Part shown: piece by piece, positions 26,011 to 35,496 of the stretch
How the letters are laid out: every line of letters starts with the position of its first letter
How positions within the stretch are numbered: position 1 is the stretch's first letter
Assembly: GCA_949358305.1 (NCBI GenBank)
Contig: OX442314.1
Span: 2,170,001-2,234,000, forward strand
DNA: 64,000 bases
Direction: 5' to 3'
Source of the DNA: Strigamia acuminata
Taxonomy: Eukaryota
Program-made: the position numbers and the translations under genes
The notes under the pieces: generated by a model
Told to the model about the DNA's origin: nothing
Database searches by the model: none
Seen by the model: only the letters and a program-made list of their open reading frames with translations

Positions 26011-26804
26011 CTGCAAATAAATTGAATTATCTTTATTTGACCTAAAAACAATTTCATTTTAAATAAAAATTCAATTGCCCCTGGGGAAATTTTTTTTATT
26101 CACAAATGAAATGTGACCTAGTTGAAAGACCAGTTTAATTGCAAAAGAGTTGAAATGTATTAACACAATTTAAAATGAGAATTCGTTTGATTTTTTTGTC
26201 CTGTGTGTTGTTATTAATTCCTTATTTTAATTCTATTTACAAAAAAAAATAAAACTTATTTTTAAATAAGAAAAAGTTAATTGAAAGAAAGTTTTTATTT
26301 GTTAATAGATATTAAAGTTGGAATTTATTAAACCAATTTAAAAATGAAATGGAATTAGAATTAAAACTATCCATTAGAAAAAATCAAATGAATTCTCATT
26401 TGATTCTTTTTAATTCCATTTTAACTTTTATAATTAATAATTTTCATTTACAAATGAAAATTTTATTCCTTCTAAGTAATGGAACTTTCCAAAACCAGCT
26501 GTGTTAAAAGTAAGCCATGTGACAGCATGTAATATATCTTGTAGGAAAAACGGATATGTGATCAAACAAACAAATTGATAAACATTTATCAAAACAAAAA
26601 AAAACAAAAAAAAAATGTTAAACAGTCGAATGAAAATATTTTTTTCCTCACCAGCAATTAAATTTCCCCCCCCCGAAGGCTTTTGCTCTTTAAAAACAAA
26701 AATAGCCTTTAGAGATTTTTTTTTAATGAGTCAGAAAAACAGGTTTTCAAAGTGACTCAATCAGAAATAAATGAATAATAAATTGTAAAGAAAAATAATT
26801 TTAT

Positions 26805-26981
26805 TCAGCTTTTAATTAAAAATTCTTTTACACATTTTATTTGTTTTTCAAAATTTTTTTTTACATTGACAAACGAGTTAGCAGAACAGGGGGCACTGCA
26901 ATGATTACATACGTCACAATTAAACAAGACACTGTTAAATGAATGGCGTAAGAATGCTCTAGTATGTTCATAAAACTCCAT
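26805..26981 (-). CDS. Maverick small Cys-cluster ORF (58 aa, CxxCxxCxxxC)
   Basis: MEFYEHTRAFLRHSFNSVLFNCDVCNHCSAPC..; AAAATGG context; starts 3 nt after the stop of the upstream ORF. Confidence 0.45.
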   Translation of the reverse strand: MEFYEHTRAFLRHSFNSVLFNCDVCNHCSAPCSANSFVNVKKNFEKQIKCVKEFLIKS

Positions 26982-26984
26982 TTT

Positions 26985-27275
26985 TTATAAACATTCATTC
27001 TCTTCATCAAAAAAATCTATATCCTTAATTTTCTTGCCCGGAATAATTTGATACAACTGCCTTATGTGTACTCTTGTTTCTGAGTTGAGAGAATCATGTA
27101 TTATTCTTGCTCTTTTTATTATTTTGCTTAGTTCAGGAAATTGTCCATCAATGCGAAATACAAATGCAAAATTATTTATATCTGTAATTTCAGCCCCCCA
27201 TCTACTTATAAGTTCAAAGATTATTTGCAGTAATATTTTCTCACTTTTTTCATAAGTTGCACAAAAAAATTCCAT
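26985..27275 (-). CDS. Maverick hypothetical protein (96 aa)
   Basis: ATG-initiated ORF inside very AT-rich DNA; no recognised motif. Confidence 0.55.
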   Translation of the reverse strand: MEFFCATYEKSEKILLQIIFELISRWGAEITDINNFAFVFRIDGQFPELSKIIKRARIIHDSLNSETRVHIRQLYQIIPGKKIKDIDFFDEENECL

Positions 27276-27674
27276 GTTATTCAGCTGAGAAATAATTTAT
27301 TTTTAATTGAAAATTTAATTAAAATGATGTTTACATACTATATTTTTAATTTATTTTTAATTGAAAATTTATTTAAAAGCAATTTTATTTATATTTTTTA
27401 AAATTTATTTATTTATTATGCATTTGCCGGATGAGTCACGCTGCTTTAATATAATTACATGGTCACGTGTTTTGAATTAAATCAGGTGTTTATTCACATA
27501 TTCATTTTTATTTCCAGATTTAATATGTGAAATATAATTTGTAATTACACCCAATTAATCAAAAGACTATTTCCTTATTCAGAGAAAAAACAGTAAAATT
27601 AACAATATAAATATTATTTTAAAAACTTGTGATAATTAATTACATAATGCCGCATTATATATATAGAGTAGCAT

Positions 27675-27956
27675 TTAGCCGAATAAATGACTTATTTCAG
27701 CCAATTCCTGGATTTCGGCGATAGTTACATTGTCGTGTACGTATTTGACGTGTTCAATATTCTCACTGGAAAATCTTCCAAGTTTCTCCACCAGAGTTTG
27801 AATCTTGATCTGAAATGCCGGTCGCCACAAAAGTAACGAATCGGTTCTCTGATCTATTGAGCCACCATAATGGACCAATAAAAATAAGGATAAATGTTTC
27901 AAAATTATTTTCTTTTCATCGGTAGTTTTGTTCTGTTGGAGTTGAAAGAGATACAT
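27675..27956 (-). CDS. Maverick hypothetical protein (93 aa)
   Basis: ATG-initiated ORF preceded by TATATAAAAAAG (28001-28012); no recognised motif. Confidence 0.6.
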   Translation of the reverse strand: MYLFQLQQNKTTDEKKIILKHLSLFLLVHYGGSIDQRTDSLLLWRPAFQIKIQTLVEKLGRFSSENIEHVKYVHDNVTIAEIQELAEISHLFG

Positions 27957-28188
27957 TTAATTCTTTTCTTTCTCAAATTGAAGTGAATATAATAATGTTG
28001 CTTTTTTATATATAGAAAATTTTTGTTACGGTTTCATTTTTGATTTGACACGGACTTTAACACATGCCCGTGCTTGTTTGCAGACTTTCCGCAAGGTTTT
28101 GTGCGAATCTTTGTTGATTTCAAATTAGGATTGTTTTAACTTCTTAAATAATTTCATTTTTTTGAGAAAAATGGAAATTGGGTTTACT

Positions 28189-28608
28189 TTACAACAACTC
28201 AAGATTATTCATTCCTCGAATGATTTTAATGATTGTATTCTGCCTGAGATTAAGATTGGCTGCTAAATAGAGCGCAAAGAGGCAAAACATCCCGCAAGAA
28301 TCTTCTTTTGTCAACGAATACATTTCTTTTGTAGCATAATCTAGGGTAACGTCTCTTCCGACAAAATCAATGATCTCTTTAGGTGGAACGTTTCCCAAAT
28401 TATCAAAGTATATGCCTCTGTCATTGCAAAGATACAAGCTGACCCAATGGGTACCACCACCCGTCGATGGGTCTAAATTGATGACGAAGCTTTCATTCTT
28501 GCCCCGGTGATTCGCGAGCGGTTTCAAGCAATCGATGGGCAACACGTTGTTGAAGTGAGCGATACGTAGTTTATTCTTCGCCCAGTTGTAAATTTCCACG
28601 TTATTCAT
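28189..28608 (-). CDS. Adenain-like cysteine protease 1
   Basis: INLD..GGGTHWVSLY, YFDNLG, DSCGMFCL (His-Asp-Cys triad); ATGA overlap with the integrase stop. Confidence 0.9.
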   Translation of the reverse strand: MNNVEIYNWAKNKLRIAHFNNVLPIDCLKPLANHRGKNESFVINLDPSTGGGTHWVSLYLCNDRGIYFDNLGNVPPKEIIDFVGRDVTLDYATKEMYSLTKEDSCGMFCLFALYLAANLNLRQNTIIKIIRGMNNLELL

Positions 28609-29558
28609 TTTTTAATGTCGATGAGATCATCCACCCATGAATTATGCTTCTGATCGTAGCCGACCCATTTCACTAGGTACTTCCATGATCCATCGCTGTT
28701 TTTCTTTTTTCTAATGACTTTCTCGATCAAGTAGGGATCATCTACCCTGGTTTCAGTTTTTTGGAGTTCTTCACGGTAAAAGGAACCTTCGATCGATTCT
28801 CCCAAACTGTCTTTCAATTTGAAAATTGGAGGTTCATACGTCGTGTCCACTTTATCAATTGTAAAGATTTCATTAGTCCAATTTTGCAAAAACCCTTTGT
28901 CAAATATGGATTTGGATTTGGAAATACGCACTCGGTCGCCCACTTTGAATTTAGGCTTGGACGTTGCTGGTTCGGGAAGTAATTTTAGTCTGAGCGCCTT
29001 TTCATGTTTGGGAGCCACATCTTTGGGTTTCATGTTGGTCGTACGGTGAACCGAAGAGTTATAACGGGTCATCAATTGGGGTAAGATAGTAATCCAATTC
29101 CTCGAACCTTTCAAAGTAAAATGCCTGTACATGCGCTCTTTGAGCGTGCGATTGAACCGCTCGACCATGCTCGCTTTCAACGGCGAGTGTGTGGAAAAAT
29201 GGTTGATGTTGAACTTTTTGACCAGTGCCTTGAAATGGGAATTGTAGAATTCTTTCCCCCAATCGGATGCCATGTTGACCGGCCCCTTATTCCCCGCTTT
29301 GACAAGCACCTTTTCAAATGCAGCGGTTACCTCTTTGCCAGTCTTTGATTTGATGGGAACCGCATACGCATATTTAGAGAACGCATCTATAACCGTTAAT
29401 AAGTATTTATAACCTTTGTTTACACGGGAAAAAGGTATCAATTCGACTAAATCGATCTGCCATAAGTCGTTGATTGCAAAAGATACGACCGGACGTCTGA
29501 CGTAATGCCTACGTGCCGGCTTATGTAATTCAGATACCAGTTGTTCTATGTCAGGCAT
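28605..29558 (-). CDS. Maverick retroviral-type (DDE) integrase with C-terminal chromodomain
   Basis: WQIDLVE, VIDAFSKY, SDWGKEF, VERFNRTLK; YLIEKVI..YLVKWVGY..NSWV chromodomain. Confidence 0.96.
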   Translation of the reverse strand: MPDIEQLVSELHKPARRHYVRRPVVSFAINDLWQIDLVELIPFSRVNKGYKYLLTVIDAFSKYAYAVPIKSKTGKEVTAAFEKVLVKAGNKGPVNMASDWGKEFYNSHFKALVKKFNINHFSTHSPLKASMVERFNRTLKERMYRHFTLKGSRNWITILPQLMTRYNSSVHRTTNMKPKDVAPKHEKALRLKLLPEPATSKPKFKVGDRVRISKSKSIFDKGFLQNWTNEIFTIDKVDTTYEPPIFKLKDSLGESIEGSFYREELQKTETRVDDPYLIEKVIRKKKNSDGSWKYLVKWVGYDQKHNSWVDDLIDIKK

Positions 29559-29955
29559 TTTTTTTTTTTTTTAGTCCCATTCCCAGTTTAAGTTTGGTAT
29601 TGAACGTTGCTTTGATTGCTTTGGCGGCTAATTTTGTGCTTAAACTGACTGTTGGATCGGAGATGATTAAAACACATGCTTCGACCAACTTTCTGTCTGC
29701 TTCGTGTCTGGCTTCTAAGTTCTCATTTATGTAAGCAATGTCGTGCAGCTTGCACGCTTCATCCAATGGGTTTATGCCTTTATCACCTCTAGCTAAACGC
29801 TTATCTAATTTTGTGCCTGGACCGCAATAATTGTACCCAGGGATATGCATTTCTACCGGTAATTTATTGATTAGTTTATTCAAAAGTCCTTTTCCGGTTG
29901 CTGGAGATTTTTTTTTTTTATGAACTGATATTTCAAGGTCCCGCATGCCAAGCAT
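29551..29955 (-). CDS. Parvovirus-type phospholipase A2 domain protein (PLA2X-like)
   Basis: GYNYCGPGT calcium loop and LDEACKLHDIAY catalytic helix. Confidence 0.9.
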   Translation of the reverse strand: MLGMRDLEISVHKKKKSPATGKGLLNKLINKLPVEMHIPGYNYCGPGTKLDKRLARGDKGINPLDEACKLHDIAYINENLEARHEADRKLVEACVLIISDPTVSLSTKLAAKAIKATFNTKLKLGMGLKKKKNA

Positions 29956-30080
29956 TTACCTCTTTTGTAGGCTCTGTTGTTTTTAGTGACTCCCATTTCC
30001 AACGTGCCGGTAGGAGTAGACTTTTTACATTTAACGCAAAACATGTTTGTCTTCTTTTTTTTATTACGGGAATATAAAAA

Positions 30081-30758
30081 ATGAATGTCATAAATTTTGA
30101 CACGGGGCGTTTGGATAAATGTGATAAGTCGATTCTGCCAAAAAACATAAGATGCATTATGTGTGGCCCGGCTGAATGTGGGAAAACGAATCTGTTGCTA
30201 AACTTCCTGCATTGGCTACGGTTCGACAAGCTGATGGTGTTTTCTAAAACTTTATTTCAACCAAAATACGAGCGGTTAAGAGAGTTGTTCGAGGATCTAG
30301 AATCGGAATTGGGCAAACAGGTAGCTCATTTCTTCCCGAGCAACGAGGATGTGCCGTCTCCCGAACAACTTTTTGATAAATCCGTGAACAAGTCTATTTT
30401 TGTGTTTGATGATGTGATGACCGACAAGCAACATAATATTGAGAAATATTTTGCCCAGGGCCGTCATAGTAACGTAGACTCTTTTTACTTGTGTCAGACT
30501 TATAGCCGAATCCCAAAACAGGTGATAAGAGACAATGCCAATTTAATAATCATGTTCAGACAAGACGAAAGAAACATGAAACACGTTTTTGACAACCATG
30601 TTGGAACGGACATGACGTACGTTCGATTCAGAGACATGTGTAAGTCGTGTTGGGATGATGATACGTTTGGCTTTCTCACCATTGACAAGACCAAGTCTAT
30701 GTCGAGCGGGAGATATAAAAATAAATTTTCCCCATTTTTAAAAAATGAACATGAATAA
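30081..30758 (+). CDS. A32/FtsK-like genome packaging ATPase
   Basis: Walker A GPAECGKT, Walker B IFVFDD, QGRH, YLCQTY, IRDNAN. Confidence 0.95.
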   Translation: MNVINFDTGRLDKCDKSILPKNIRCIMCGPAECGKTNLLLNFLHWLRFDKLMVFSKTLFQPKYERLRELFEDLESELGKQVAHFFPSNEDVPSPEQLFDKSVNKSIFVFDDVMTDKQHNIEKYFAQGRHSNVDSFYLCQTYSRIPKQVIRDNANLIIMFRQDERNMKHVFDNHVGTDMTYVRFRDMCKSCWDDDTFGFLTIDKTKSMSSGRYKNKFSPFLKNEHE

Positions 30759-31968
30759 ACAGCAGCGTGGAAATTACGAGAAATTAAAACAGAGCTTGAA
30801 AAAAAAGTTTCTGCAAGATAAGTTAAACAGAGGATCCGAAGATGAAGCGCTCGGTGCATTCTTCAAACCTGTAACTGCTGCATTGCATAGCCTGCCGCAG
30901 CAGCAGCAGCAACTATCTCCACCCCTTGCTCTACCACCTACGACTTTCAAATCCTCACCTTCCACTCCCATTAAAAGAGAGTTGTCATCTTTCACACCCA
31001 TTACAAGTAAGTCCCATAATTTAAAGTACGAAATGGATCTAGAATCACCGCTCTTACCTTGGGAAAGTTCATCCTTAAAAAGGCAGTTCAGTCGCCAAAG
31101 CTTGTCCTCGAGTAAAATTGAAACTCCTCGACTTAAGTTTGGCCGGGATGATGGGAATGAAGAGGAAAATGTTTCATTTCAAAGAGAGGGAGAGACGAGC
31201 CTCGTAGAAGATGATGTTGATGATGATGATTGGCAATTTGCTCATGTGCTTCCAAATATAAAATATCAACGCGACATAAGAAAAAGTCTCGAATTAAAAA
31301 TGACGGACAAAGAATCGGAAAACGCAGTACAGCAAGAGTTCTTGAAATATTACGCCGAAAATGCGGCTCATTTAGATACGGTGTTTGGAATTAGATATGA
31401 CCCGTATGATTCAAAATTTAAAATAGGAGTCGAAGAAGTTAAATTCTTTCCAACTCATATACTTGTGAAAAACGTAAAGTATCCACGAACTCCAACATTA
31501 ATGCATCTCCTCATGCAAAAACTTCCACCGATTGAAGGAACTATGACAGACCAAAATTTTGTGGATTACGGCAGGATTCTCATTTCTAGTCAAGGGTTAT
31601 TTAAAAAGAACAATTCGGCAACTAATATGCCAAAGTCTAGTAAAGGAGAAAAGTATATGACAGTGGTTAAACGAATTTGGGAACTGTATAAAAATCGTCC
31701 AAAGACAACATCCCAAGCTGGCAAGAACACACCCCAAGCTGGCAAAGGTGTCACGAAAACGTTTCGGCCGCACAACTCCGTAGACTACAAGTATTACAAT
31801 AACCCGGACGAATTAATAGACAGGCTGCGATTGTTGCATGCATCACGGGATGCTGGAAACCAGTCTCACGACAACGAAATTGTGGAAATACTTATGGAAC
31901 TGAAAGAGGAAAGAATCCTCGATAAAACCAAGTTTGAAAACATGCGAAAGAAAATTCTCGCGAATTAA
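30745..31968 (+). CDS. Conserved Maverick hypothetical protein (407 aa)
   Basis: Long ORF between ATPase and minor capsid; LDTVFGI and C-terminal YYNNPDELIDRLRLLHASRDAGN..HDNEIVEILMELKE motifs I recall from arthropod Mavericks. Confidence 0.85.
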   Translation: MNMNKQQRGNYEKLKQSLKKKFLQDKLNRGSEDEALGAFFKPVTAALHSLPQQQQQLSPPLALPPTTFKSSPSTPIKRELSSFTPITSKSHNLKYEMDLESPLLPWESSSLKRQFSRQSLSSSKIETPRLKFGRDDGNEEENVSFQREGETSLVEDDVDDDDWQFAHVLPNIKYQRDIRKSLELKMTDKESENAVQQEFLKYYAENAAHLDTVFGIRYDPYDSKFKIGVEEVKFFPTHILVKNVKYPRTPTLMHLLMQKLPPIEGTMTDQNFVDYGRILISSQGLFKKNNSATNMPKSSKGEKYMTVVKRIWELYKNRPKTTSQAGKNTPQAGKGVTKTFRPHNSVDYKYYNNPDELIDRLRLLHASRDAGNQSHDNEIVEILMELKEERILDKTKFENMRKKILAN

Positions 31969-31995
31969 AAAAAAGTAATAATAATCGTGATTACC

Positions 31996-32757
31996 ATGTC
32001 TATCGTACTAAGCAGTACGAAATCGGATTTCCTCACTACTTTTAGCTCACCTTTAATTTTGGGTGACGACGAATACGAATTGGGATTAGTGAGCCTCGAG
32101 ACATTTTACACAATGCCAAATATAACCGAGGACAACAACGTGTTCAAATACTACACTGTTGAAGTAGATGTGAACGTCCCCGCTCGTATTATAGGTACGC
32201 TCAACTACGACATCATCGTTCCCGTGGGTTGTTACGAACTTGCCGACATTATCTCGTACATACATACCGAAATGAAATCCAGAGGACACTGGAATATGAA
32301 AGACGACGCACCTTTCATCGACATCGTGGCCAATTATAATACTCTGTCCACGACATTAGTGATTAGCGATGCCAGTTACGGGGCCAATTTTTCGGAAAAT
32401 AGAAGTATGGCTAAATTATTCGGTCTCAAAACAAAGAAATACGGTGTAGGTAGAAGCGAATCCATTAATCCGGTGAACATTTTTCACATTAACACTATCC
32501 TGGTCCATTGTGATCTTATTACCGACTCTTATAAAAACGGGAAGACGGCTCCGATCATATACGCATTTTTTCCTAATGTCCCGCCAGGCTTCAAAATAGT
32601 AGAAATGCCGTATAACATAGTTTACTTGCCGGTGAAAAATCAATCTAAAATACACGAAGTCAGGATCTGGTTGACCGATCAAGACGATAAACCACTGAAT
32701 CTGAGAGGAGAAATTTTTACTACACGTTTACACTTACGAAAATTAATTAAAGCGTAA
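31996..32757 (+). CDS. Minor capsid protein (penton-like single jelly roll)
   Basis: PNITEDNNVFKY, IPVGCY-like VPVGCYE, ILVHCDLITDSY, FFPNVPPGFKIVEMP..VYLPV, LTDQD..LNLRGE; first ATG at 31996 (track ORF opens with GTG at 31987). Confidence 0.88.
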   Translation: MSIVLSSTKSDFLTTFSSPLILGDDEYELGLVSLETFYTMPNITEDNNVFKYYTVEVDVNVPARIIGTLNYDIIVPVGCYELADIISYIHTEMKSRGHWNMKDDAPFIDIVANYNTLSTTLVISDASYGANFSENRSMAKLFGLKTKKYGVGRSESINPVNIFHINTILVHCDLITDSYKNGKTAPIIYAFFPNVPPGFKIVEMPYNIVYLPVKNQSKIHEVRIWLTDQDDKPLNLRGEIFTTRLHLRKLIKA

Positions 32758-32767
32758 TTAAAAAAAC

Positions 32768-32929
32768 ATGCCGTTAATTTTTAATAAGAACGTAACGGCA
32801 AGTAATACCCCCAGCACCAGCTCCAACACTGCCACTGTCAAGACACCCTCGTCGATTAGAGGTGGAAATATAAAAATTATAAAGTCTTCGATACGGCCAG
32901 ATAATCGAGAATATATAAATTCTTTTTAA
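32768..32929 (+). CDS. Small Ser/Thr-rich basic ORF (53 aa) with IRGG/N adenain-type site; possible core protein
   Basis: AAAAACATG start 10 nt after the penton stop; MPLIFNKNVTAS..SIRGGNIKIIK.. Confidence 0.45.
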   Translation: MPLIFNKNVTASNTPSTSSNTATVKTPSSIRGGNIKIIKSSIRPDNREYINSF

Positions 32930-33132
32930 AAAAAATATATATTAAGTAATTAATTAAATACCGTAATTCTTTTTAAAAAAAATATATATTAAGTAATTAA
33001 TTAAGTAATTCTCTTTTAAAAAATATATATATATTAAGTAATTAATTAAGTAATTCTTTTTAAAAAAATATATATATTAAGTAATTAATTAAGTAATTCT
33101 TTTTAAAAAATATATATATATTAAGTAATTAA
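32913..33132. repeat. AT-rich tandem repeat (~44 bp, 5 copies) upstream of the major capsid gene
   Basis: AATTCTTTTTAAAAAAATATATATTAAGTAATTAATTAAGT repeated. Confidence 0.88.
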
Positions 33133-33144
33133 AAAATAGCGACG

Positions 33145-34464
33145 ATGCAAGTCTCCGAGAATTATTTGGATGTCGAACAACCATTCGTCGTCGATGAATC
33201 TGTTAATGCCTACAACTACCACGAATATTATCCTATTATAGGAACTAATTTAAATAATGTGAATTCCGAAATTCGATTAATCATTCAAAACGAAGATGTA
33301 TGGACTCACCCTCATAAAAGTTACGTCTGCATAACAGGAAGATTAGTGAAAGCGGATGGTACAGACCTTATCGCTCAAGCTGATGAACAAGACCATATAA
33401 TAACGTTAGGAAATAACTTTATGCCATTTTTGTTCAGCAACATGAAATATCACATAGGTGATAAATTAATAGACGAAATAAATTATCCGGGTTATGCTAC
33501 CACTATTAAGGGCTTACTAACGTACAAACAGCTCCAAAATTCGAGCGGAAATATGGGATGGATAGTAGATCATCACAAGGGCGAAGCATCGGATACTCTT
33601 AATCCCGCTTTTCTAGAACGTAGAATATTTTACAACATAATGCCAACGCCCAAAGGATCGTTCTCTTTGTTAGTACCGTTAACACATTTAATGGGATTTT
33701 TCGAAGACTATACGAAAATCATATATGGTGCCAAACAAGTTTTGACCTTAATGCGAACTCACGACAACGATGCCATTTTTAAAGCGATACAGTCCGGTCC
33801 CGCCCCAAAAGTAAACACCCCCGTTGGAAAAATTATCATCGAACAGTTATATTGGTTGATGCCGCACGTCTTACCGTCCGATATCCAAAAGAATAGATTA
33901 CTCACTGCCATAGATAGAGGGGTGAACGTTCCATTAGCTTTTCGACATTGGTCGTTCGAAATGACAGACGTGCCACAAAGTAAGGAACACGCGTGGAGAG
34001 TGGTAACAACCAGCACGTCAGAAAAACCACGTTACATCATCGTGGCTTTACAAACGAATAAAAGAGACGACCAATTAAAAAATCCAGCCACATTTGATAA
34101 CTGCAATGTAACGGAAGTTCATGCCTACTTAAATTCGGAACGATATCCTTATCTGGACAGTAACAATGATTTTAAGAAAGCCAATTTCTGTAAATTCTTA
34201 GAAAGTTGCATTCAATTTAGAAAAGACTATTACGGTGCCGACGATTTACCGTTTAATACTTACGAGTACGGAAATATATACCCGCTCATCGTAATAGATT
34301 GCACGAAACAAAGCGAAAGAATGAAAACCGGAATAATGGACGTGCAAATAAAAATGAAATTTGCGGAAACCGTTCCTGCCGACACTAAAGCCTACGCTTT
34401 GATAATAAGCGATAGACTAATGACTATGAAATTAGACAAGGGTAAAATCGAAGTATTATATTAG
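33145..34464 (+). CDS. Major capsid protein (double jelly roll, hexon-like)
   Basis: 439 aa, beta-rich; EIRLIIQNED, VPLTHLMGFFEDYTKII, EKPRYIIVALQT, YLNSERYPY, PLIVIDCTKQ are motifs typical of Maverick MCP. Confidence 0.93.
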   Translation: MQVSENYLDVEQPFVVDESVNAYNYHEYYPIIGTNLNNVNSEIRLIIQNEDVWTHPHKSYVCITGRLVKADGTDLIAQADEQDHIITLGNNFMPFLFSNMKYHIGDKLIDEINYPGYATTIKGLLTYKQLQNSSGNMGWIVDHHKGEASDTLNPAFLERRIFYNIMPTPKGSFSLLVPLTHLMGFFEDYTKIIYGAKQVLTLMRTHDNDAIFKAIQSGPAPKVNTPVGKIIIEQLYWLMPHVLPSDIQKNRLLTAIDRGVNVPLAFRHWSFEMTDVPQSKEHAWRVVTTSTSEKPRYIIVALQTNKRDDQLKNPATFDNCNVTEVHAYLNSERYPYLDSNNDFKKANFCKFLESCIQFRKDYYGADDLPFNTYEYGNIYPLIVIDCTKQSERMKTGIMDVQIKMKFAETVPADTKAYALIISDRLMTMKLDKGKIEVLY

Positions 34465-34467
34465 ATT

Positions 34468-34628
34468 TTAAAATAATATATACGTATATAAAATATATAT
34501 AAATATATATAATATATAATATATATATAATATATATATATATATAATATATATATAATATATATAATATATAATATATAATATATATAAATAAATATAT
34601 ATAAAATAATATATACGTATATAAAAAA
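34468..34628. repeat. AT microsatellite between MCP and the pX-like gene
   Basis: (TA)n-rich tract bounded by two copies of AAAATAATATATACGTATATAAAA. Confidence 0.85.
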
Positions 34629-34638
34629 AGAAATAAAA

Positions 34639-35106
34639 ATGTATAAGATACATAAAGTGAATCTATCTCCGAATCAACAACGAAAAATATCCAAGTCTGT
34701 CAAAAAAAAGATACCCTTGCATTTAAGATTGAAATACGAACAATTAAACGGCAATCATGGCTTGTCTCTTACGGATAGACAAATAAACAAGATCAAAAAA
34801 GCCGGTTCTAAAAAGAAAGGCATGACTTTGAGTATACCTTCGAATCAAATTAAACAATCTGGCGGATTTTTCCCTTTATTACTTCCACTATTGGGGGCTT
34901 TAGGCGGTCTCGCTGGCGGTGCGGCAGGAATTGCCAAAGCTGTCGATGAGGCAAAAACCAACAAGAGAATGCTCGATGAGACAAAACGTCATAATGCAGT
35001 TTCAGAAGGTAAAGGAATGCAATTCGCAAAAAAAAAATCGCGGAAACGCAAGTCTGGAAAAGGTTTTTACTTGAAACCTTACGGCTCACTGGTGACAAAA
35101 AAATAA
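34639..35106 (+). CDS. Basic core/membrane-active protein resembling adenovirus pX (mu precursor)
   Basis: Lys/Arg-rich; QSGGFFPLLLPLLGALGGLAGGAAGIAKAV resembles the adenoviral pX GGFLP..hydrophobic segment. Confidence 0.8.
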   Translation: MYKIHKVNLSPNQQRKISKSVKKKIPLHLRLKYEQLNGNHGLSLTDRQINKIKKAGSKKKGMTLSIPSNQIKQSGGFFPLLLPLLGALGGLAGGAAGIAKAVDEAKTNKRMLDETKRHNAVSEGKGMQFAKKKSRKRKSGKGFYLKPYGSLVTKK

Positions 35107-35462
35107 AACCGCTAGATTCGTTGCAGTTGGAGGAACTGGCCAGACGAATGAAAATTTCATTTTTTAGAGGAGTGTTTTCGAGAGATACTTTACCCGTCAA
35201 ACCACGATCGAAAGAATGTGGAATTGTTAATTTGAACACGCACCACGAAAGCGGAAGTCATTGGGTGGCATACAGTAAAATTGGAAATAAGAAGCTGTAC
35301 TTCGATAGTTTCGGAGACTTGCCACCCCCGTTGGAATTATACGATTATCTGGGAGACAACATAAAATACAATTACAATCAGTATCAAAATTTTGACGAAA
35401 TTACTTGCGGCCATTTGTGCTTATATGTTTTAAAAAAATGGAGGAAAGAAGAAAAAAAATAA
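35098..35462 (+). CDS. Adenain-like cysteine protease 2, probably made as a -1 frameshift fusion to the pX-like ORF (start approximate, at the slip site)
   Basis: FRGVFSRDTLP, IVNLN..SGSHWVAY, YFDSFG, YQ..TCGHLCL; no ATG before the apparently homologous N-terminal helix; A AAA AAA TAA ends the upstream ORF. Confidence 0.88.
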
Positions 35463-35496
35463 TTAAAAAATAGTTTTTTTCCCTTCTATTAAAAAA

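Noticed and set aside
34468..34653. Tyr/Ile-rich 61-aa ORF
   Set aside because: Translation of an AT microsatellite
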